Shown piece after piece: positions 57,326 through 64,000 of a stretch of 64,000 nt of DNA. The position numbers and the translations under genes were made by a program. Origin of the DNA: Oscillospiraceae bacterium (lineage in GTDB: Bacteria > Bacillota > Clostridia > Oscillospirales > UBA929). The notes below the pieces were generated by a model. The model was not told the origin of the DNA. It made no database searches and saw only the letters and a program-made list of their open reading frames with translations. Numbering within the stretch: the stretch's first letter is position 1; each line of letters begins with the position of its first letter. The stretch covers positions 7,365-71,364 of the forward strand of contig WRKO01000008.1 of assembly GCA_009782215.1 (NCBI GenBank). Reading direction: 5' to 3'.

Positions 57326-58511
57326 ACCCGCCCTTTTCAACACTCTGTATAAACGCTTCCATTCTCGCCGCGCTGTTCTGTTTCATCCGCTCACTCACAT
57401 GACCGTACACGTCGAGCGTAAAGCTGGCGGTGTGGTGTCCTAATGTTTCCTGTACCGTCTTTATATCGTCCCCGGATTGCAAGGCAGTGACGGCGTAAGT
57501 ATGGCGCAAGTCGTGGAAGCGTGTTTCTGGTACGCCTATCTGTGCGACCAGTCGTTTGAACTCTTTATAGACCGATTGTACAGACAGATTTTGACCGAGC
57601 GGGTTTGTAAAGACAAGCCCGGTATCTTCCCATGCTGACCCGGCTTTTATCTGCTCCTCCGCTTGCCGCCGCCGTTGCTCTCTTAACGCCGCCATCACTG
57701 ACGGCGCGGGGGATATGCGGCGGCTTTTGTCGTTCTTGGGTGAGATAAATTCATATTTGCCCTTGTTGTCGGTGTGGTTTCTTTGCAGTTGTCGGTCAAT
57801 GAGGATTGTTCCGCGCTCGAAGTCGATACAACCCCATGTAAGCCCTAAAACCTCGCCCTGCCGCAAACCGCAAAACAGCGTCACACGAAAGACGACTTCC
57901 CATTTATGTCCCTGTATGGTTTTTATGAACTCAACTATTTTTTCATCACACAGCGGTTGTATTTGTGCCTTGACAGCGCGAGGCAGTTCTATAGCGTCTG
58001 CAGGGTTGAAGCGAAGATACCCAAGTTTAACGGTTTGCTGTAATGCTTTGTGAAGTACGCCGTGGATGTTCTTAACGGTTTTCGCGGATAATCCCGGCTT
58101 GCCCGACGTTCCCTTGTGGAGACCATTATACATGGTCTGTATCATATGTGCCGACAATGCCGACAGTCTGACCGCGCCTAACCCCGGCTTTAAGTAAAGT
58201 CGGCAGACCATCGAATATGTTCCAACCGTGCGCGGCTTCACGCCGCCCAGATATTCAGCCGTCCAAATATCAAGCCACTGGCTGACTGTCAGCTTTGACG
58301 GCTCTGTAAAAGTGCCGTCGGCAATCCCGGTCTTGATAGCGTCGAGCTTCTTCACGGCTTCGCGCTGTGTTTCGGCGTAGACGGACTTTCTAATTGGCTT
58401 GCCCGTCCCCGGATTCGTCCCGGTGCTGTACCGCCCCTCCCATGTTCCGTCCGGGCGCTGACGGATAGACCCGGAGCCGGAGGCGTTGCGGGTGTTTTTA
58501 CGCTTTGGCAT
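57324..58511 (-). CDS. tyrosine-type site-specific integrase
   Basis: ATG 58511 after GGAGGA. SAM-like N-domain. Catalytic residues appear in GLRQGEVLGL (R), HDLRHTYAV (H-x-x-R) and LGHHTASFTLDVYGHV (H...Y). Confidence 0.95.
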   Translation of the reverse strand: MPKRKNTRNASGSGSIRQRPDGTWEGRYSTGTNPGTGKPIRKSVYAETQREAVKKLDAIKTGIADGTFTEPSKLTVSQWLDIWTAEYLGGVKPRTVGTYSMVCRLYLKPGLGAVRLSALSAHMIQTMYNGLHKGTSGKPGLSAKTVKNIHGVLHKALQQTVKLGYLRFNPADAIELPRAVKAQIQPLCDEKIVEFIKTIQGHKWEVVFRVTLFCGLRQGEVLGLTWGCIDFERGTILIDRQLQRNHTDNKGKYEFISPKNDKSRRISPAPSVMAALREQRRRQAEEQIKAGSAWEDTGLVFTNPLGQNLSVQSVYKEFKRLVAQIGVPETRFHDLRHTYAVTALQSGDDIKTVQETLGHHTASFTLDVYGHVSERMKQNSAARMEAFIQSVEKGG

Positions 58512-59250
58512 GGTTGTCGTCCTCCAATTCATCTGTGATTCGTGAAATTACTTCCGCTATTGCGAACCGTGCTATCGTGTGTGCTTCGGTAAGGCTCTTC
58601 AATTTTTTTGCGGCGTTTTGCCTTGCCAGCATACGCATATCAGCCTCTATTTTTTCTTCGTCTACAACCAACGACGTCACACCATTTATTTCCACCGCCA
58701 CACTATGCTCTCGCTCAAGCTGCCATTTTGTGGGGATTAGCCTTTGGTATTCAACATCTTCTAAATCGAACTTAGACGCCGTTGCCAGTTCGCGCTTGCA
58801 ACGCCTCGCCTCGCCAAAGGCGTTAATCAAACGCCGAAAATCCTTGCAGCATAAAAGTTCACTTGTGAATGACAGAGCCGCGTTATTCGCCAACTGCACC
58901 AAAGAATCGTCGCTGTTCGCCAGACTTTGCAAGGATACAATCGCCGCCTCTGACAAGCCCGTAGCTTCTTGTATGTCAGTTTTTTCTTTTGTCTTGCAGG
59001 GATAATCGCAAAGCAAATACCCAAGCTCACATTCAAACAATACACACATAAGGAGCGTATCTGCAAGCGGAGGCAATCTTTTCCCAGATTCCCAAAAACT
59101 AACCGTTGTCCTGTTGCGGTTGAGCTTATTTGCTAACTCGTCTTGTGTTAGCTTCAACGCTTCCCGTGTCTCGCTTATGCGCTTCCCTACCTGTATCCTT
59201 CGTTGCTCATAAAATTCGATGTTGTGCATATTCAACCAACTTTCTCTCAT
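58498..59250 (-). CDS. cI-like XRE-family repressor with extended C-terminal domain
   Basis: IQVGKRISETREALKLTQDELANKLNRNRTTVSFWESGKRLP is an HTH_3. About 170 further residues are of unknown function. The start could be 59250 or 59229. Divergent from the cro-like gene. Confidence 0.8.
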   Translation of the reverse strand: MRESWLNMHNIEFYEQRRIQVGKRISETREALKLTQDELANKLNRNRTTVSFWESGKRLPPLADTLLMCVLFECELGYLLCDYPCKTKEKTDIQEATGLSEAAIVSLQSLANSDDSLVQLANNAALSFTSELLCCKDFRRLINAFGEARRCKRELATASKFDLEDVEYQRLIPTKWQLEREHSVAVEINGVTSLVVDEEKIEADMRMLARQNAAKKLKSLTEAHTIARFAIAEVISRITDELEDDNHAKA

Positions 59251-59277
59251 TCGTTATTTTCGTCTACCACTTGTTGC

Positions 59278-59314
59278 TTGACTACATCATATCACGGGTG
59301 TAGACTGGTGTCAA
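59278..59314. promoter_or_regulatory. overlapping divergent promoters of the cI-like / cro-like switch
   Basis: + strand: TTGACT (59278-59283), 17 nt, TAGACT (59301-59306). Minus strand: TTGACA (59314-59309), 17 nt, TATGAT (59291-59286). The two promoters interdigitate. Confidence 0.55.
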
Positions 59315-59343
59315 TAATTTTTATTCTTAGGGAGGGCGTACAA

Positions 59344-59532
59344 GTGGTAAACATTATGATTCGCGCAGAAATGCGGCGTTCGCGTTTCCGGCAGTATGAA
59401 ATTGCGGCCGCTGCCGGATATAGCGAAACGGCATTTTCAAGGATGCTTCGGTATGAGCTGACAGCGGAACAGCTTGAGCGTGTCCGTGACGCTGTCGCAC
59501 TGCTGGCGCAGGATGCAAGCTATGAAGAATAA
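59344..59532 (+). CDS. small Cro-like regulator
   Basis: GGAGGG, then 7 nt, then GTG 59344 (or ATG 59356). MIRAEMRRSRFRQYEIAAAAGYSETAFSRMLRYELTAEQLERV has an HTH-like core. First gene of the rightward operon. Confidence 0.6.
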   Translation: MVNIMIRAEMRRSRFRQYEIAAAAGYSETAFSRMLRYELTAEQLERVRDAVALLAQDASYEE

Positions 59533-59737
59533 CTCGATTATGACGGATTGGGGCGCTCTGCCGCTCGTCTTGTCCGCCGCTGACGTCGGGAAAGTCTTGG
59601 GACTTTCGAAGCCAAGCATTTACACCCTGCTCAACCGGAAAGACTTCCCCACGATTCGGCTCACCGAGCGGCGGGTGGTGGTGAGTCGGGACGCGCTTCG
59701 GCGCTGGCTTGAGGATGGGACAGGAAGGGGAGTATGA
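59522..59737 (+). CDS. excisionase-like (MerR/Xis-type HTH_17) DNA-binding protein
   Basis: LSAADVGKVLGLSKPSIYTLLNRKDFPTIRLTERRVVVSRDALRRWLE is the classic helix-turn-helix excisionase-family pattern. Confidence 0.75.
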   Translation: MKNNSIMTDWGALPLVLSAADVGKVLGLSKPSIYTLLNRKDFPTIRLTERRVVVSRDALRRWLEDGTGRGV

Positions 59738-59741
59738 CGGG

Positions 59742-60410
59742 ATGACTCGCAAGTCATTTTCAATCCACTCGGACTTTTATTCCGAGTTGCGCAACCTCTC
59801 CCCGGAAAGTCGCGGGGCTGTCTTGCTTGCGCTCCTGAATTGGGCGGAAGGGCTTGACACCCTACCGCTGGCCCCTGAGGGCGCGATACTGTTTCGCTTG
59901 ATGACGGCGCAGATGGAGCGGCTTTCGTCCGCCAACTCTGCCAATGGTAAAAGGGGCGGTGCCCCTGATGGTAACCGGAACGCGGCAAAATCAAGCGAAA
60001 CAAGCGAGGGTGAGAAAAACGAGCCAATCAAGCCCTCCGACTCCGTATCCACAGCCGCTACCGTAACCGTTTTTACGGGGAGTATTGGGCGCTCGGCGTC
60101 AGCCGAGCCGCCAAAACGCACAAAATTCACCCCGCCGTCTGTCGATGAGGTCGCGGAGTATTGCGCCGAGCGGAAGAGCCTGATAGACGCAGCTCAGTTT
60201 TGTGATTACTACGCTTCGCAGGGCTGGCGGGTGGGGAAGAACCCCATGAGCGACTGGCGCGCCGCAGTCAGAAATTGGGGGCGAGGCAACCACAGCGGGC
60301 TTGCCCGCGCTTCACCCGAACCACAGATACCGCAGCGCGTCGGAGATGCTTTTGGGCGAAATCGCCGCGCCCTGCAACAGGCTCGTTTGGATGATGCTGG
60401 GAATTTATAG
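59742..60410 (+). CDS. phage-type replication-associated-like protein (DUF6291-like N-terminus)
   Basis: FSIHSDFYSELRNLSPESRGAVLLALLNWA, and FTPPSVDEVAEYCAERKSLIDAAQFCDYYASQGWRVGKNPMSDWRAAVRNW. I remember these motifs from phage replication-module accessory proteins. Function not established. Confidence 0.6.
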   Translation: MTRKSFSIHSDFYSELRNLSPESRGAVLLALLNWAEGLDTLPLAPEGAILFRLMTAQMERLSSANSANGKRGGAPDGNRNAAKSSETSEGEKNEPIKPSDSVSTAATVTVFTGSIGRSASAEPPKRTKFTPPSVDEVAEYCAERKSLIDAAQFCDYYASQGWRVGKNPMSDWRAAVRNWGRGNHSGLARASPEPQIPQRVGDAFGRNRRALQQARLDDAGNL

Positions 60411-60428
60411 GAAAGGATTTGTCGGCTT

Positions 60429-60791
60429 TTGGGTAGAAAAGTCAGTCGCGAAGCGGCCGTTCAGGCGCTTGTCGGCAATCCAAACGTCAAAATTGCCGCC
60501 GCCGACTGCGGCGTATCGGAGCGAACTTTGCACCGCTGGTTGCGTGAGCCGGATTTTTCTGTGCGGCTTGCGGAAGCGCAGCGCGGCGTGACAAAGCGTG
60601 TCGTGCGTTCGGTCATAGGGAGAGCGGAAAAGGCTGTGCGTGTGCTGGATGAAATCATGTCGAACGTCGAGACCGCCGCGCCCGCACGGGTTTCAGCCGC
60701 CAAAACGGTGCTGGAATTTACGCTAAAGGCAATCGAGCTGGAGGAAATCGTTGGAAGAATTGAGATGCTAGAAAGGCGGGCGGATGGGTGA
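60429..60791 (+). CDS. HTH protein resembling the N-terminal part of phage small terminase subunits
   Basis: VKIAAADCGVSERTLHRWLREPDFSVRLAEAQRG followed by a helical tail. TTG start. The assignment is by pattern resemblance only. Confidence 0.5.
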   Translation: MGRKVSREAAVQALVGNPNVKIAAADCGVSERTLHRWLREPDFSVRLAEAQRGVTKRVVRSVIGRAEKAVRVLDEIMSNVETAAPARVSAAKTVLEFTLKAIELEEIVGRIEMLERRADG

Positions 60792-61006
60792 TGAATTACC
60801 AAATCGCAAAGCGCTTGAAAGAAATCGAGCGGCAGTATGGCACAGCAATGACGCTAATCGTCAAAATTGACGAAAAGCATCGAGAAATGACCGTTACGGA
60901 GTTTGAGCAGTCGTCCGACGCTCGGTTTGTGCGGGTCAAAAGCGGCTCATGCCTGAAAGACCTTGACAGAATACTTGACAGGCTATTGGGTGGTTGTGTG
61001 ATATAG
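60788..61006 (+). CDS. hypothetical protein
   Basis: 72-aa ORF overlapping the upstream stop (GTGATG). No family recognised. Confidence 0.5.
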   Translation: MMNYQIAKRLKEIERQYGTAMTLIVKIDEKHREMTVTEFEQSSDARFVRVKSGSCLKDLDRILDRLLGGCVI

Positions 61007-61037
61007 TGCCAAAAAAACAGAAAAGGAGAGAAAACAA

Positions 61038-61514
61038 ATGAACGCAATTCAAAAATATGCAGCGGAAACAAAAGCGCGTTTTACCAAGCTTGACGCGGCA
61101 ATCGCTGAATTTGAAGCCCGCAAACAGGAACTCACGGCGCAAATCGACAACAACGGCGGCGATTATTCGCTAAAGGCCGTCCAAGGCACCGGCGCACTGC
61201 GCATGGAACTTTCCCAGATAAGCGAGGCGTTGGAACGGGCGCAAGGACAGCGGAGGACAATGGCGGGCGACATGGCGGTAAACATTAACGCCACCTTGTC
61301 GCGCGTGTTGTACGAACACATCGGGGACATTGGCAAAGAAAACGCCGGACGCATAAGGGAAATATGGGACTTCAAATCAAGAACGCCTACAAACATACTG
61401 CCCCCCTATCTATCGCATGACGGCGCGAACGCCGAAATAATCCGCTGCATTGAGAGGAAATGCCGGAGCTACAACAGGGAGTTTGAGCAGCAAGGGGAAG
61501 GAGGCGGAAAATAG
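61038..61514 (+). CDS. hypothetical protein (coiled-coil N-terminus)
   Basis: 158-aa ORF. AAAAGGAGAG RBS 7 nt upstream of the ATG. Confidence 0.6.
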   Translation: MNAIQKYAAETKARFTKLDAAIAEFEARKQELTAQIDNNGGDYSLKAVQGTGALRMELSQISEALERAQGQRRTMAGDMAVNINATLSRVLYEHIGDIGKENAGRIREIWDFKSRTPTNILPPYLSHDGANAEIIRCIERKCRSYNREFEQQGEGGGK

Positions 61515-61663
61515 TGGATGACTTGTTTTTAGCCGGATTTGACGGCCGGAAGCCTACACCCCCACGCACAAGGGAAGAATTGCGGGAAGAAATTGAACGC
61601 GCCGAGCAGTATATAGCAAGACTTCAAGGCAATTTGGAATCCATGCCCGGTGAAGCGGAATAA
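61514..61663 (+). CDS. small hypothetical protein (49 aa, below the track cutoff)
   Basis: My own reading: GTG 61514 overlaps the previous stop (TAGTG), with GGAGG 9 nt upstream. (M)DDLFLAGFDGRKPTPPRTREELREEIERAEQYIARLQGNLESMPGEAE. Followed by the hairpin at 61688-61707. Confidence 0.4.
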   Translation: MDDLFLAGFDGRKPTPPRTREELREEIERAEQYIARLQGNLESMPGEAE

Positions 61664-61713
61664 GCTCCTTTGGCATACATGGGAAAAGGTCGGGATTACT
61701 CCCGACCTTCTCC

Positions 61714-61762
61714 GGCCCGCAAGGGGCAGAATCAATTTTGTTTGGCCCGCAAGGGGCAGAAT
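61714..61762. repeat. two 19-bp direct repeats with inverted tails
   Basis: GGCCCGCAAGGGGCAGAAT at 61714 and 61744 (30-bp period). Each contains a GCCC-GCAA-GGGC mini-hairpin. The tails, AATCAATT and AATTGATT, are mutual reverse complements. Confidence 0.7.
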
Positions 61763-61825
61763 TGATTCCCAAAGTCCTTCAAGCTCTATAGAACTTTAAG
61801 TCCTATAGGTATGATACCACATGGT

Positions 61826-62389
61826 TTATGCTTTGTCAATGACAATTTTTTCTGTCGGTTTCTTTATAATCATCTGTTTTATTCTATTGTCAATGGCGTC
61901 CAAGTGTGCGGGGGAAAGTCTTGCCCATTGGTCGCCCTTCTTTAGAGGTCTGATGATTCGCATTTTGCTGACCGCCCGTATCTGCGCTGGCTTGGCTACT
62001 GTGTCAAACGGCGTCCATGAAATAATGTTGCTGCCTAAATACAAGTCAGCCTTTGCGACGTCGGCAGGGGTTTTCCCAAGCTCTAACGATGTGAGCGGTA
62101 TAACCATAATGTTGCCGCCAGTCTTGCTGTTATCATGTTCCAACACCGCCGCATAATGTACACCGCCATACTCATTGCCGACATTGAAACCAAAATCGAC
62201 ATAGACAATATCGCCGCGCTTATAGCGGGGTATGTATTCCGGCTTAAATGTATCCTCCAGAGTAAGATAGCGATTCCATCTGACAATCCATTTTGTAATA
62301 ATGTCCTGTCTTTTAGGGGATAACTTTGAGATTGTCGCTTTTAGCTTGTCAAGAGCAACATCAAGCGCATCGGGTGTAGGTGTGTTCAT
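61826..62389 (-). CDS. PemK/MazF-family toxin with ~65-aa N-terminal extension
   Basis: RGDIVYVDFGFNVGNEYGGVHYAAVLEH...IMVIPLTS matches the MazF/PemK core (GD..v.f....G.E..g.rPa.Vl...v.PlTs). At 187 aa it is far longer than canonical ~115-aa MazF. ATGA overlap with the upstream gene. Confidence 0.75.
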   Translation of the reverse strand: MNTPTPDALDVALDKLKATISKLSPKRQDIITKWIVRWNRYLTLEDTFKPEYIPRYKRGDIVYVDFGFNVGNEYGGVHYAAVLEHDNSKTGGNIMVIPLTSLELGKTPADVAKADLYLGSNIISWTPFDTVAKPAQIRAVSKMRIIRPLKKGDQWARLSPAHLDAIDNRIKQMIIKKPTEKIVIDKA

Positions 62390-62619
62390 TCGTGTTTGTC
62401 CTCCTCAGTCTCCGCCGCACACTCCATAGGGCGGCCTGTGGCGTCCTCTACGGCCTTGTTGAGCACACCCCGTATAAACCCATTCGTAGACTGCCCCGTC
62501 GCTGTAGCGGCGGCTACAATGCGCTCCTTCGCGCCTATGCGGGCTTTGAATGTGATGTATTGGAAGTTTTCTTTGTCGTACCTATCCCGGTAGCTCTTTT
62601 GTTTCTCACTTACAGGCAT
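62386..62619 (-). CDS. putative cognate antitoxin (RHH/Arc-like)
   Basis: ATG 62619 after GAGGTGG. FQYITFKARIGAKERIVAAATATGQSTNGFIRGVLNKAV has a beta-strand/helix/helix pattern. Acidic tail. Translationally coupled to the toxin. Confidence 0.6.
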   Translation of the reverse strand: MPVSEKQKSYRDRYDKENFQYITFKARIGAKERIVAAATATGQSTNGFIRGVLNKAVEDATGRPMECAAETEEDKHE

Positions 62620-62638
62620 ATGCACCACCTCTGAATAT

Positions 62639-62746
62639 ATTATATCACAAACAGCGGGTCGTTACAACGTAGCATATTGCACAAAAACTACGTTGTAACT
62701 TTGTGCAATACTACATATTGACAACTACGTGATAACGTAGTATGAT
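62639..62746. promoter_or_regulatory. divergent promoter region with nested palindromic operators
   Basis: Minus-strand promoter: TTGTAA (62667-62662), 17 nt, TATAAT (62644-62639). Plus-strand promoter: TTGACA (62718-62723), 17 nt, TATGAT (62741-62746). Inverted repeats: GTTACAACGTAG (62661-62672)/CTACGTTGTAAC (62688-62699); ATTGCACAAA (62676-62685)/TTTGTGCAAT (62700-62709); CTACGT-GATA-ACGTAG (62725-62740). Confidence 0.65.
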
Positions 62747-62867
62747 AAAATCAGACAGAGGGACAAACACGCGGGGCGCTTGCCAAATAAGGCCGCAGAC
62801 AGCCGCCGAACCGCCTGACGCTCCGCCGCACCGTCCCTCAGACAAAACAGGAAGGAGGAATATCGCC

Positions 62868-63158
62868 ATGACAAGCGCGAACACCACTAACCCCGACATG
62901 AGCGCCATCGCCCGCGAGTACCGCGAACTGCAAGCCATGATTCGGGAACTCCAAGAGGAAGCCGACGCGAAGAAGCAAATCATGGTAGACGCTATGGACA
63001 CGGCGAAGGTGGAGGAGCTGGCCGCCGGTGAGTACACCATCCGCTACACGGTGTATGAGAGTAGCCGCCTTGACAGCGCCAAGCTGAAAGCCGACCACGC
63101 CGGACTGTACGCCGCCTACACCAAGCCAACAGTGGCGACGCGCTTCCAAGTGGCATGA
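62868..63158 (+). CDS. hypothetical protein
   Basis: AGGAAGGAGGAA RBS 7 nt before ATG 62868. 96 aa with a coiled-coil N-terminus and a C-terminal TIRYTVYESSRLDSAKLKADHAGLYAAYTKPTVATRFQV. Function unknown. Confidence 0.65.
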   Translation: MTSANTTNPDMSAIAREYRELQAMIRELQEEADAKKQIMVDAMDTAKVEELAAGEYTIRYTVYESSRLDSAKLKADHAGLYAAYTKPTVATRFQVA

Positions 63159-63252
63159 GAGAGACCCAACCAAAGAGCGCAAACCGCGCCCGTTGACAAC
63201 AGCATACGACCGGCGGGCGCGGCTTGTCTACTATGAAAGGATTGATTAAACC

Positions 63253-63516
63253 ATGAGTAACACGACATTCGGCCACAAGAAACACGCGGACGCGCTGCTG
63301 GAAATCGAAGGGCTTGTATGCGATGTGCTGATGCTGGCTGAGGGCATGACGGTGGAGAACGATAACCTCGACCCCCAGAAACAGATACAGACATTCGAGG
63401 GCGCGTTCCGTCTGATTTGCCCGCCGCTTGAAAAAGCATTTGAAACGCTAACAGAGCTGGAAGTCGATTTCAGGTCATCACATGGGCTAAAATACGGAGA
63501 GGAGGAAACGGCATGA
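63253..63516 (+). CDS. hypothetical protein
   Basis: 87-aa acidic ORF. GAAAGGA RBS. Confidence 0.5.
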   Translation: MSNTTFGHKKHADALLEIEGLVCDVLMLAEGMTVENDNLDPQKQIQTFEGAFRLICPPLEKAFETLTELEVDFRSSHGLKYGEEETA

Positions 63517-63695
63517 ATGAAAAACACCGCATCCGCGATGACCTTATCAATGAACATCATGTCTTATCCATGAGTCTCGGCTATCTATGCAAAGGCTTTT
63601 TCTTAGGGGTGCTGACATATCGTTTTGTCCTTCGGCGCTGGAGAAAAGACTGGCCGAGAATTGAAGCCCTAAAAAGGCGCATAGAGGGCGAATAG
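63513..63695 (+). CDS. hypothetical small membrane protein
   Basis: 60 aa, 4-nt overlap with the previous gene, one hydrophobic segment (GYLCKGFFLGVLTYRFVL). Followed by the hairpin GAGAAAGGGCTG...CAGCCCCTTCTC. Confidence 0.45.
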   Translation: MNEKHRIRDDLINEHHVLSMSLGYLCKGFFLGVLTYRFVLRRWRKDWPRIEALKRRIEGE

Positions 63696-63746
63696 GTTGA
63701 CATGAGAAAGGGCTGGCTATCGCACGTCAGCCCCTTCTCCATTCTC

Positions 63747-63797
63747 TACCCCTAAAAGCGATTTACTACCCCTACGTTTACCCCTAACAGCTTTTTT
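63747..63797. repeat. three TACCCCTA units incl. the 31-bp repeat (candidate arm-type sites, distal arm)
   Basis: TACCCCTA at 63747, 63767 and 63779. 63767-63797 is identical to 57295-57325. Confidence 0.6.
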
Positions 63798-63903
63798 TCG
63801 TTTTATCCTTATTTATCCCAAAACCGACAAACCCATTGCAACGCCTAAATTCTTTTGCGTTCGTTTTTCTTTGTTTTTCCTGCTTTGTTCATGCGTAAGC
63901 CAA

Positions 63904-63930
63904 TTCAAGTCCCGTCTCCCGCACCAGCGA
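63904..63930 (+). repeat. attR core (27-bp direct repeat)
   Basis: TTCAAGTCCCGTCTCCCGCACCAGCGA. A displaced tRNA 3' fragment, not a complete tRNA. Confidence 0.9.
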
Positions 63931-63935
63931 AAAAC

Positions 63936-63967
63936 GCTGCAACCGCAATGGTTGCAGCGTTTTTTTT
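63936..63967 (+). terminator. ancestral tRNA-Leu terminator displaced by the insertion
   Basis: CGCTGCAACC-GCAAT-GGTTGCAGCG followed by T7. Confidence 0.65.
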
Positions 63968-64000
63968 GCGCGTTCTCGTGTGCTTTAGACGGCCGGCGGG

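Larger units (their letters stand above)
57212..63930. mobile_element. 6.7-kb integrative element in tRNA-Leu (satellite-like / cryptic prophage-like, no virion genes)
   Basis: Bounded by a perfect 27-bp direct repeat (the tRNA 3' end). Carries a tyrosine integrase, cI-like and cro-like regulators, an Xis-like protein, a replication-associated-like protein, an HTH small-terminase-like protein, a MazF-type TA pair and small unknown ORFs. AT-richer than the flanks. Confidence 0.85.

Noticed and set aside
63898-63934. Possible second tRNA
   Set aside because: Only the 3' 23 nt of tRNA-Leu plus 4 nt are present. There is no D-arm or anticodon arm upstream, so it is the attR duplicate.
1-64000. 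Scan for CRISPR arrays, rRNA genes, IS elements/transposases and group II introns
   Set aside because: No regularly spaced identical repeats of 25-40 bp were seen, nor any rRNA-like conserved blocks. No DDE or serine transposase-like ORFs were found. The only recombinase seen is the tyrosine integrase at 57324-58511.

Overview
This window is a densely coding, high-GC segment of a Firmicutes chromosome, probably a spore-forming Clostridia lineage. Supporting markers are an alpha/beta SASP, SLH surface proteins, mrdA-mreD-mreC-maf, and an rpoD-dnaG-dgt operon. Most genes lie on the minus strand. No rRNA, CRISPR array or transposase was seen.

Core content, in order:
- a partial SLH protein
- a rhamnose-related cluster: flavodoxin-like protein, SrlD-like SDR, PHP protein, TraX, class II aldolase and rhaA
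- a complete Pho block: phoR/phoP-like two-component system, phoU and pstBACS, with phased Pho-box-like repeats upstream
- a SASP gene, a dnaD/dnaI-like pair and rpsT
- mrdA-mreD-mreC-maf, a U32 peptidase and zapA
- pdxK, a HisJ-type phosphatase and a GT39 glycosyltransferase
- a signalling cluster: HD-GYP response regulator, orphan response regulator and a hybrid kinase with two solute-binding domains
- mntP, a tandem-OB SSB-like protein and a second SLH protein
- ftsK, uppP, rpoD, dnaG, dgt and rpmE
- an Eis-like GNAT, an aconitase-family hydratase and tRNA-Leu(GAG)

Several visibly AT-richer accessory islets interrupt this core:
- TraX sits inside the rhamnose cluster.
- A zinc-ribbon protein, an XRE regulator and an LRR protein form one islet.
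- A relB-parE-kinase operon is followed by a GNAT cassette bracketed by a duplicated ftsK 3' end.
- A DNA methyltransferase is fused to an Mrr-like nuclease-fold domain.

The most notable feature is a 6.7-kb element integrated in tRNA-Leu (57212..63930). It has perfect 27-bp att repeats, a tyrosine integrase, a cI/cro-like switch with overlapping divergent promoters, an Xis-like protein and a small-terminase-like HTH protein. It also carries an extended MazF/PemK-type toxin-antitoxin pair with palindromic operators and several unknown small ORFs. It has no virion genes, which makes it a candidate minimalist phage satellite or integrative element.

A second highlight is a strong promoter followed by a structured, terminator-ended leader RNA upstream of the LRR surface-protein gene. 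From memory, the leader resembles a c-di-GMP-II aptamer. That gene's 5' end also appears frameshifted at a T-run.

Many long ORFs in the supplied track are antisense shadows typical of high-GC DNA and were rejected.
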